Origin: Candidatus Norongarragalinales archaeon
GTDB lineage: Archaea; Micrarchaeota; Micrarchaeia; Norongarragalinales; DASYRB01
DNA length: 64,000 bases
Assembly (NCBI GenBank): GCA_036004805.1
Contig: DASYRB010000026.1
Location: 4,938-68,937, forward strand
Direction: 5' to 3'
Part shown: positions 19,728-26,913 of the stretch, piece after piece
How positions within the stretch are numbered: position 1 is the stretch's first letter
How the letters are laid out: every line of letters begins with the position of its first letter
Notes under the pieces: model-generated
Database searches by the model: none
Told to the model about the DNA's origin: nothing
Seen by the model: the letters and a program-made list of their open reading frames with translations, nothing else
Program-made: the position numbers and the translations under genes

Positions 19728-19928
19728 TTAGACTCTAGGGGTTAGGCCTTTCAGCGTGATGGGCGCAGCGAATTCGAGGAACACTCTTCCTCCGTGCATG
19801 ACCATGCCTGAAACGTCGGTTCGTGCGCATTGCGCGATTCGTTCGATTTCGATGTACGGAATTTTTGAAACATCCATCCTCATGTGAAACACCTCTGTTT
19901 TTCTTGCGGGTCTTTCCTGCTCCTGCAT
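19728..19928 (-). CDS. Small hypothetical protein
   Basis: 66-aa ORF between the two hairpins; no motif. Confidence 0.45.
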   Translation of the reverse strand: MQEQERPARKTEVFHMRMDVSKIPYIEIERIAQCARTDVSGMVMHGGRVFLEFAAPITLKGLTPRV

Positions 19929-19955
19929 TCGTTTGCGGTTTTTTCGTGCGTTTTT

Positions 19956-19994
19956 GAAGAGTGAGGGGAAAGTGGTGGCTTTCCTCGCCTCTTC
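19956..19994 (+). repeat. Imperfect inverted repeat (hairpin 2), related to hairpin 1
   Basis: GAAGAGTGAGGGGAAAG-tggtgg-CTTTCCTCGCCTCTTC; shares GTGAGGGG...CCTCGCCT with hairpin 1. Confidence 0.75.
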
Positions 19995-20175
19995 CGGGTG
20001 CGGGTTTCAGGATTGAAGGTGCGCGGAGTTCGCGAAAATCCGCGGCGGTCCCTTGTTTTCCTGCGAAGGTGGTTTAATTCTTCGAGTCTCGGAACGATCC
20101 GAGTTTGGAATCTAGCCGTGCGTTTTTGCGTTTAAAAAGAAAAGTAGACCCGTGCTCGCCGGTGGCTTTTGGAAG

Positions 20176-20433
20176 TTATTTTTTCTTTTGGAGCTTGCGG
20201 TATTGTTCGAGCAGTCTGATTCTTTCGCCTGCGGGTAGTTGGCTGATTCTTTTCATCTTGGCGCGCACGACCTTCATCCGTAGAGCGTCGGCGAGGCCTG
20301 GCGTCATTATTAGTGGTTGTTTTCCTGGCTCTGGGCGGTCGCGTGCTCTTGGGAATAGCTTGGTGTTTTGTGGTAGTTGTTCGGGCTTTTTGATGAAAGT
20401 CTTTCGCCGAGTAAAGACGTCGAGAATGCCCAT
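20176..20433 (-). CDS. Hypothetical basic protein
   Basis: Likely start MGILDVF (20433), immediately after the upstream stop; K/R-rich. Confidence 0.55.
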   Translation of the reverse strand: MGILDVFTRRKTFIKKPEQLPQNTKLFPRARDRPEPGKQPLIMTPGLADALRMKVVRAKMKRISQLPAGERIRLLEQYRKLQKKK

Positions 20434-20435
20434 TT

Positions 20436-20729
20436 TTATTTGCGAGTGACGGTCCAGTTCCAAGCTTTTGCGAGTACGAATCCGAAGAAGTATCCGGCCG
20501 CGAAGGTAACGACGAGCAGTAGTGCCGCGTCAACGAGTCCTGGGAACGTGATCGTGAGTCCGCTTATCGTGAATCCGTGCAGCGCGAGCATCCATCTGGC
20601 TAGTGGTGCGCCGATTCCTATAGCGAGAAGAATGAGCCACACTAAGTGCAGTGCGGAGACGAAGATTCCGAAAGCGAGCGCTACCGTGCCCTCGGGAGCC
20701 TTTTGTAATGCTGTTTTGGTTTTGGCCAT
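20436..20729 (-). CDS. Small membrane protein (DUF5676-like)
   Basis: LAFGIFVSALHLVW...LHG...GYFFGFVLAKAWN pattern; 2-3 TM. Confidence 0.7.
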   Translation of the reverse strand: MAKTKTALQKAPEGTVALAFGIFVSALHLVWLILLAIGIGAPLARWMLALHGFTISGLTITFPGLVDAALLLVVTFAAGYFFGFVLAKAWNWTVTRK

Positions 20730-20747
20730 CTTGTTTTCAGTCACGGT

Positions 20748-21536
20748 TTAGCGCTTTTTCTTCTTTGCGCTCTTGCCCTTCGGTTTGGGCGCGGCTTTCT
20801 TTTTGGCGGGTGGTTTTCTTTTCACTGTTTTTCGCGCTTTTTTCGTTTCGGTTTCTTCCTCTTCTTCTCCCGATTCTTTTTCTTCTTCGTCGTCTTCGTC
20901 TGCGGTTTTTTGTTCTTTGAAGGATTTTTCGCGCTCGTCTTCACCTTCTTCGGCCTCTTCACCGAGCTCGTCTTCGTCACTTTCCGCGTCGTCGGACGAG
21001 AGTTTGGCTTGCACGCCCGCAGGCTCTTCCACTTCCTCTGTCTCTTCAGTTTCGTTTTCTTCTTGCGTGGTGGCGGGGTTGTTTTCTTCGTGGTAGTGCG
21101 CAGCGTCAGAGAGTTGTTCGACGCGGTCTTTGAAGTGCTGCATATCGGGATTGCTGGTTTCGAAGTCTTCCAGCTTGGTTCGTAGGTCAGTGACTTCGTC
21201 GTTGAGTCTAGAAATGTGTCGCGCGTGCCTCTCGAGCAGCTCGGTCACCTTGTCGATCTTTGTGGAGAGGGCGGCGATGTTTTGAGCGAGCTGCGGCTCG
21301 GGTGTTTGCGTTTTGGCGGCTTGTGGGTTTTTGTGCGTCTCGAGCGCGTCCTCAAAAGCTTTCAGCGCGGTGTCGAAGCCTTGCTGGTAGGCTTGTCGCT
21401 TGTTTTCCGCGATGTCCTTGATCACGTCTTCGACGAACTCGTCGAGCTCGCTGCTCGTTTCTGGCTCGGCCTTGATGATTCGTTCTTGAGAAGGAGTTGC
21501 TGTCGTGTTTTTGCGTTGCTCTTTCCAGTTCGCCAT
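20748..21536 (-). CDS. Hypothetical protein: coiled coil, acidic tract, Lys-rich tail
   Basis: LSTKIDKVTELL...LRTKLEDF heptads; long D/E tract; KKARKTVKRKPPAKKKAAPKPKGKSAKKKKR. Confidence 0.8.
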   Translation of the reverse strand: MANWKEQRKNTTATPSQERIIKAEPETSSELDEFVEDVIKDIAENKRQAYQQGFDTALKAFEDALETHKNPQAAKTQTPEPQLAQNIAALSTKIDKVTELLERHARHISRLNDEVTDLRTKLEDFETSNPDMQHFKDRVEQLSDAAHYHEENNPATTQEENETEETEEVEEPAGVQAKLSSDDAESDEDELGEEAEEGEDEREKSFKEQKTADEDDEEEKESGEEEEETETKKARKTVKRKPPAKKKAAPKPKGKSAKKKKR

Positions 21537-21596
21537 TTTTGTTCCCACCCGTGTTGAATCGTGAAATCGTTTTCGGAAACTCGTTGGTCGGGCGGT

Positions 21597-22994
21597 TTAA
21601 AACACCTTTCCCGAAGCGCCCACCAGCGCCGCCATCGCTAGAGCGGCCTTGTTCGGGTCGTCATAATCAGGGATGCCATTCTTCTGCAAGTACCGAATAG
21701 CTTCGGCGATGGTCTTGCCTCCCAAAAACACCGCAATCACGGGCTTTTCGGGGTGTTTCCGGCTCGCCTTGATGATCGCGTCAGCATTGCCTACCGGGTC
21801 GGTAATGTTCTGCAGCACCTGAATCACGATCAAGCCTTGAATGTACGGCTCGGAAAGCACGGCGTCCATTGCTACCTCGTAACGCTTTTGCGTCGAGTCG
21901 CCAATGATGTCGAGCGGGTTGCTCCTGCTCCAAGCCGGATGCATCACGCCACTCGCATCAAGCTTCTTGATCGTTTGCGGCTGCAGAGGCACGATATTTA
22001 CTCCGTTCTCTTCGCACGCGTCAGCGCACAACACGCCAGCACCGCCACCGTTAGTGATGATCGCTACCGCATTCTGCCTTGCCCTCGGCAAGTAAGCGAG
22101 TGCTCTTGCTTTGTCGAACATTTCCTCCAATGAGCTCGCCAAAATTACGCCGCTTTGTTTGCACGCGGCTTTCAGCACGGCGTAATCGCTCGCGAGCGCC
22201 GCGGTGTGACTTATAGCGGCTTTTGTGCCGGCGTTGGTTCTTCCTCCTTTCAGCAGCACGATGGGTTTGGTTTTCGTGACTTTTTTGGCGGTTTCGAGGA
22301 AGCGCTTGCCATTCTTGACATCCTCGAGATAGAGCGTGATGGCTTTCGTGTCCTTGTCCTGCAAGCACCACTCGAGAAAATCGTTCTCGTCCAAGTCGGC
22401 CTTGTTTCCGAGCGAAACCATCGTGCTGAACGCGTAACCCTCCTTGATCGCCCAGTCGATAACGCTGTCAGCAAGTGCACCGCTCTGAGTGATCATCGCG
22501 ACGCCGCCAGCGGGTGGAACTGAATAGGCGAATGTTGCGTTGAGGTGAATTGATGGACGAATGATTCCTAAGTTGTTGGGTCCGAGTAGCGGGATGCCGG
22601 CCTTTTTGCAGATGGCCGTGATTTCGTCTTGCAGTTTTTTGCCTTGCGGTCCCGCTTCGGCAAAACCGGCAGAGATGAGCGTGATGGCTTTGACTTTTTT
22701 CTTGACGCAATCACGCACGACGTTCGCAACTACTTTAGCGGGTACCGCGATGACTGCGAGGTCGACGCTTCCCGGAATCGCGTTAACGTTCTTGTAGCTC
22801 TGCTTTCCAAGAATGCGCACCGCGAACGGATTGACCGGATACACCTCACCGGGGAACGGCTTGCAGTACTTGTTATCGTAAACACAACCATGAACCAGAC
22901 TCTTGAGCAAGGCCCAGCCTACGCTCTTCTCTTCCCTGCTAGCGCCGATTACGGCGACGCTCTTGGGATTCATCAAGCCTTCAAGGTTTCTCAT
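21597..22994 (-). CDS. acdA: Acetate--CoA ligase (ADP-forming), alpha subunit
   Basis: NPKSVAVIGAS, VYPVNP, SAGFAE, LGPNNLG, TQSGAL, AAISHTAAL (phospho-His), TNGGGAGV, NPLDIIGD. Confidence 0.93.
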   Translation of the reverse strand: MRNLEGLMNPKSVAVIGASREEKSVGWALLKSLVHGCVYDNKYCKPFPGEVYPVNPFAVRILGKQSYKNVNAIPGSVDLAVIAVPAKVVANVVRDCVKKKVKAITLISAGFAEAGPQGKKLQDEITAICKKAGIPLLGPNNLGIIRPSIHLNATFAYSVPPAGGVAMITQSGALADSVIDWAIKEGYAFSTMVSLGNKADLDENDFLEWCLQDKDTKAITLYLEDVKNGKRFLETAKKVTKTKPIVLLKGGRTNAGTKAAISHTAALASDYAVLKAACKQSGVILASSLEEMFDKARALAYLPRARQNAVAIITNGGGAGVLCADACEENGVNIVPLQPQTIKKLDASGVMHPAWSRSNPLDIIGDSTQKRYEVAMDAVLSEPYIQGLIVIQVLQNITDPVGNADAIIKASRKHPEKPVIAVFLGGKTIAEAIRYLQKNGIPDYDDPNKAALAMAALVGASGKVF

Positions 22995-23554
22995 TTCTTC
23001 ACTCTCAGCAATCGTTCGAGCTTTTTCTTTGCTGCGGGCCACTCTTTTCGCAGTATTCCGTACCAGTACTCGTCGTGGAGCTTGCCTGCAGCGAACGTGT
23101 GCTTTCTTAGGCGTGCTTCTTGCTTGAAACCGATGCTTTCAACCAATCCTTTTGATTTTTGGTTTTCAGCAAGTCGTCTTTCCCATATTCTAGCGAGGTG
23201 GAATTTTTCAAATCCGAGACGCATCAGTAACAACATTATTTCCTTCCCGATGCCCAAGCCTTGCACTTCCCTCTTCAGCCAGATCGCTATTTCCGCGTTC
23301 TTGTGTCTCTCGTAAATAGCCAAGTAGCAATAACCTATTGGCTTGCGCGCTCGTTTGTCGAGAATTATCCATGAAAACTTTTTGTCTTTGACTGCTTTGA
23401 GTTGTTTTGCGACCCATTTTCGCATTTCTTTCTCCGAAAACGGTTTCGGAAGGCCCGGGTGGAATCTTTGGATTTCTGGATCCTTGAAAAGACTGTAGAG
23501 AAAAACATAGTCATTTTTGCGCGTTGGATGCAGTTCCGTCAATCTTGTATTCAT
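22991..23554 (-). CDS. GNAT N-acetyltransferase, RimJ/RimL family
   Basis: AEIAIWL...QGLGIGKE, ENQKSKGLVESIGFKQEARLR, DEYWYGIL. Confidence 0.9.
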   Translation of the reverse strand: MNTRLTELHPTRKNDYVFLYSLFKDPEIQRFHPGLPKPFSEKEMRKWVAKQLKAVKDKKFSWIILDKRARKPIGYCYLAIYERHKNAEIAIWLKREVQGLGIGKEIMLLLMRLGFEKFHLARIWERRLAENQKSKGLVESIGFKQEARLRKHTFAAGKLHDEYWYGILRKEWPAAKKKLERLLRVKK

Positions 23555-24123
23555 TTTCTGATTCTCAGCAGCCGTTCTTGCTTTTTCTTCGATGCGGGCC
23601 ATTCCTTATCGAGCATTCCGTAAATGATGTCGTCCTGATACTTTCCGAGACGCCAGTTATGTTGTCTCTGTATGCCTTCTTGTCGAAAGCCGGCTCTGAC
23701 TATCAATTTTCTCGAGCCTTCGTTGTGCGCGAAGTGGACGATGAAAATTTTGTGTATTTTGAGCTTTTCGAAAGCAAATTTCATGACTAGGTAAAGTGCT
23801 TCGGTTCCGAGTCCTCTTCCTTGCCAGTTTCTAGCAACCCAATAGCCGATTTCGCTCCTTCGATGTTCTCGATGGAGTGTTAGTCCTATCACGCCCACCA
23901 GGTTCCGTTCGCCTTTCGGTATGATTGCGAATTCGAACCCGAGTCCTTTTCGTTGCCTTTCCATTGATTTGCGTACGAAAGCTTTAGAGTGTTTGAGCTG
24001 GTAGGGAAATGGCGGTCCTAGTAAGTACTGAATTATTTTTTTGAAACGTATTTGGGCGTGAATGATTGGCGCGTCTTTCGCTTGAATAGGCCTGAGAATT
24101 AACTTTCGTCCCTTGATTATCAA
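23551..24123 (-). CDS. GNAT N-acetyltransferase, RimJ/RimL family
   Basis: LILRPI, EIGYWVARNWQGRGLGTEA, NEGSRKLIVRAGFRQEG, DDIIYGML. Confidence 0.92.
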   Translation of the reverse strand: MIIKGRKLILRPIQAKDAPIIHAQIRFKKIIQYLLGPPFPYQLKHSKAFVRKSMERQRKGLGFEFAIIPKGERNLVGVIGLTLHREHRRSEIGYWVARNWQGRGLGTEALYLVMKFAFEKLKIHKIFIVHFAHNEGSRKLIVRAGFRQEGIQRQHNWRLGKYQDDIIYGMLDKEWPASKKKQERLLRIRK

Positions 24124-24126
24124 TTT

Positions 24127-24765
24127 TTACGCAGTCACCACTCGTGCATCCACTACTCGCGCTCTTTGTTCGTCGCAAATTATTGGGTTGAAGTCGAGTT
24201 CCATGATTTTCGGGTTGGCGAGCATGATTTTCTGCGCTTTCATTATCGCATCGACGACCGCGTTCTCACTAACTTTCTTGCCTCGGAAGCCTTGGACGAA
24301 TTTTCGCGCTCTCGTTTCCTGAATCATTGCGGTGGCTTCGTTCTTGTCGAAAGGCGCGATGCGCAGACTCGTTTCTTGGAGCAGTTCGACGAGGATGCCG
24401 CCGAGTCCGAACGCGATCACGGGCCCGAAGGAAGGGTCGCGTTTGGCGCCGACGAAGAGTTCTACGCCTTTCGCTTGTTCTTGTACGAGGAACGCTTCGA
24501 GTGGCAGTTTTTGTTTTTTCGCCGACGCTTCGATCTCGTGATAGGCTTGCGCGAGTTGTGACTCGTTAGGGATGTTGAGGCGCAGCAGGCCGGCTTCGGT
24601 TTTGTGAGTGGCTTGCGGACTGATCGCTTTAACGACTACGGGATAGGAGAGTTTTTTCTCGAACTCGTGCAGCTGCTTGGGGTTTTTAGCGAGCAACTGC
24701 CTGGGCATGTCGAGGCGGAATCGCTGCAGTAGCGCGAGCGTTTGCTGTTGAGGCATTACGGGCAT
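24127..24765 (-). CDS. acdB: Acetate--CoA ligase (ADP-forming), beta subunit (ATP-grasp)
   Basis: YPVVVKAISPQATHKTEAG, LVQEQAKGVELFVG, DPSFGPVIAFGLGG, ELDFNP, VVDARV. Start ATG 24765. Confidence 0.92.
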   Translation of the reverse strand: MPVMPQQQTLALLQRFRLDMPRQLLAKNPKQLHEFEKKLSYPVVVKAISPQATHKTEAGLLRLNIPNESQLAQAYHEIEASAKKQKLPLEAFLVQEQAKGVELFVGAKRDPSFGPVIAFGLGGILVELLQETSLRIAPFDKNEATAMIQETRARKFVQGFRGKKVSENAVVDAIMKAQKIMLANPKIMELDFNPIICDEQRARVVDARVVTA

Positions 24766-24795
24766 GGTTTTGGAATTCTGCACGGGGGCATTATC

Positions 24796-24801
24796 TTTAA
24801 A
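24796..24801. promoter_or_regulatory. Palindromic TATA box (TTTAAA) between divergent acdB and thioredoxin
   Basis: About 30 bp from both start codons (24765 and 24829). Confidence 0.6.
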
Positions 24802-24828
24802 TCTGTCTTCTGGGTTCCAGTTTTTCAA

Positions 24829-25143
24829 ATGGCAGCAAAGAATGGCAAGACAGTTTCTGGCGGAGACCTCATCGAGTTCTACGGCACCGAGTGTCCACAC
24901 TGCATCACCATGGCGCCACTCATCGAGAAATTGGAGAAAGAGCTCGGCGTGAAGGTGACTCGTTTCGAGGTTTGGCACAATAGTGCGAACGCGAAGAAGA
25001 TGATGGAACACGCTGACCTGCTCATGGCGGCTTGTGGCGGTGGTATTGGCGTTCCCAACTTTATCAATTTGAAGACGAAGAAAGCGCTTTGCGGCGCCGT
25101 GCCTTACAACGTGCTCAAGGACTGGGCGCTCGGAAAGGGCTGA
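24829..25143 (+). CDS. Thioredoxin/glutaredoxin-like protein
   Basis: EFYGTECPHC motif and cis-Pro GVPNF. Confidence 0.88.
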   Translation: MAAKNGKTVSGGDLIEFYGTECPHCITMAPLIEKLEKELGVKVTRFEVWHNSANAKKMMEHADLLMAACGGGIGVPNFINLKTKKALCGAVPYNVLKDWALGKG

Positions 25144-25147
25144 GCAC

Positions 25148-26404
25148 TTGCGAATCGAGTTCTTAGGAGCTTGTCGCGAGGTCGGCAGAAGCGCCTTTGT
25201 CATCGACGACAACGATTACCGCTTCCAGCTCGACAGTGGCGTGAAGGTTCACGACCATTTCGAAGCGCATCAAGAACCGAAAAACCCGGTAAAGTCAATA
25301 ATCACGACGCACGCGCACTTGGATCACAGCGGCGCGTTGCCGAAAAGCTTCAAACACCACCCAGCAATCGCGTTCACCACCTTCCCTACTATTCCGTTGA
25401 TCGATTTGCTTGTTGAGGATTCGATAAAGATCGCGAGACAGGAAGGAAAAACGTTGCCGATTTCGCGTGCGGAAGTGAAGAGCATGCAGAAGAACCTGAT
25501 TCCTCTGCCCTACAACAAGCGCGTACCCTTGACGAAGAAGAGCGAGTTCGAGTTGTTCGACGCGGGGCACATTCTCGGAAGCGCGCAAGTCATGTATCGC
25601 GGCGGAAAGAACGTTTTCTATACCGGCGATTTTCGTTCCTCGCCCTCGCGTCTGCATGCAGGGGCTTCGTTTCCCAAGGAGAGCGTGGATGCGTTGATCA
25701 TTGAGAGCAGTTACGCGATGCGCGCGCAGCCCAAGCGCGACGAGGTGGAACAGCGCTTTGCGGACGCGGTGCAGTCAGCGGTGGAGGAAGGGCGTACGGT
25801 TTTGATTCCTTGTTTTGCGATCGGCAGAACGCAGGAAGTGTTGATGGTTCTCAAGTCGCGCGGAGTGAAAGCCAATATTCACCTCGACGGAATGGGTCGC
25901 GAAGTGAACAAGATCTATCACGATTATCCGACATACCTGAAGAACGCGGAAGCGCTGACCGCAGCGATAGAGGATTCCACGACAGTGATCGATCGTGCTG
26001 AGCGGAAGAAGATCGTGAAAGAGCCTGGCGTAATCATCGCCGGCAGTGGCATGCTCGAGGGCGGTACTGCTTTGAGTTACATTCAGAAGTTGAACGAGTT
26101 GGGGAAGGGCGCGGTTATGCTGACGGGTTTTCAAGTGAATGGCTGCAATGGCGACACGCTGCTGCGCCAAGGTTTTGTGAAGGACCGCGGAAAGACGGTC
26201 AAGATCAAGCTGCCGGTGCAGCTGCATAACTTCAGCGCGCACGCGACTCCTGAAGACCTGCGTGATGCGGTGAAGCGTTTGGGCCCTGAGAAAGTGTTTT
26301 GCGTGCACGGCGAGCCCGAGGGTTGTGACGCGTTCGCGAAGGAGTTGCGCGAGCAGGGTTTTGACGCGAGCGCGCCGCGAGCCGGTACCGCGGTAGAGTT
26401 CTGA
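25148..26404 (+). CDS. MBL-fold beta-CASP ribonuclease (aCPSF2-like)
   Basis: LGACREVGRS, THAHLDHSG, AGHILGSA, YTGD, IESSY, FAIGRTQE, FSAHA, VHGE; no KH domains. Confidence 0.93.
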   Translation: MRIEFLGACREVGRSAFVIDDNDYRFQLDSGVKVHDHFEAHQEPKNPVKSIITTHAHLDHSGALPKSFKHHPAIAFTTFPTIPLIDLLVEDSIKIARQEGKTLPISRAEVKSMQKNLIPLPYNKRVPLTKKSEFELFDAGHILGSAQVMYRGGKNVFYTGDFRSSPSRLHAGASFPKESVDALIIESSYAMRAQPKRDEVEQRFADAVQSAVEEGRTVLIPCFAIGRTQEVLMVLKSRGVKANIHLDGMGREVNKIYHDYPTYLKNAEALTAAIEDSTTVIDRAERKKIVKEPGVIIAGSGMLEGGTALSYIQKLNELGKGAVMLTGFQVNGCNGDTLLRQGFVKDRGKTVKIKLPVQLHNFSAHATPEDLRDAVKRLGPEKVFCVHGEPEGCDAFAKELREQGFDASAPRAGTAVEF

Positions 26405-26476
26405 AAAAAGCGTCCTCGCGTCCGTCTTTATTACTGTCTTTCTGCACAATTTTTCCTAAGGTAAAGAACAGGAAAA

Positions 26477-26902
26477 ATGCTTCAGACGTTGACGGCTCTT
26501 TTTGAAGAGCGTGAATTGATTCACACGAAGGGTTTGCAGCTGCGCTTCGACCCGTTGCATCGCGCGTTGACATTGAACGGTTACATTTCTTTGTCCCGTT
26601 ACGAAGGTCTTGGTACTGGCGATGAGCGTTACAAGGGTGGCGAGAGCAGGCAGGTGAAGAGCGCGTTGGCGAAGGTCATGGAGCATGGCAACATGGTGAT
26701 TGAAGTGTCATTGGAGCCGAGCATGAACGCGCGCACTGTCGGAGCTTATCACTTCCACATTACTGAAACTCTTGATTCCCTCGAGGATCTCGTTGCTGAA
26801 GTGGATCGCGTGCGTGCCGCGGGCTTCATTGATGCTTGCTATTATCCCGTGCACGGGCCCGAGGAAGAGCACCTGCATAAAGAGTTCCGCTTACAGGGCT
26901 AG
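26477..26902 (+). CDS. Hypothetical protein
   Basis: 141-aa ORF fills the gap; no motif recognised. Confidence 0.65.
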   Translation: MLQTLTALFEERELIHTKGLQLRFDPLHRALTLNGYISLSRYEGLGTGDERYKGGESRQVKSALAKVMEHGNMVIEVSLEPSMNARTVGAYHFHITETLDSLEDLVAEVDRVRAAGFIDACYYPVHGPEEEHLHKEFRLQG

Positions 26903-26913
26903 TTTTTTTTTTG

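Noticed and set aside
19600..20000. CRISPR array or integron
   Set aside because: Only two degenerate units, no regular spacers, and no cas gene or integrase in the window.
19956..20110. RNase P or SRP RNA (the minus strand has GAGGAAAGCC)
   Set aside because: No matching downstream P4/CR-V element and no SRP helix-8 motif; the segment pairs locally instead.
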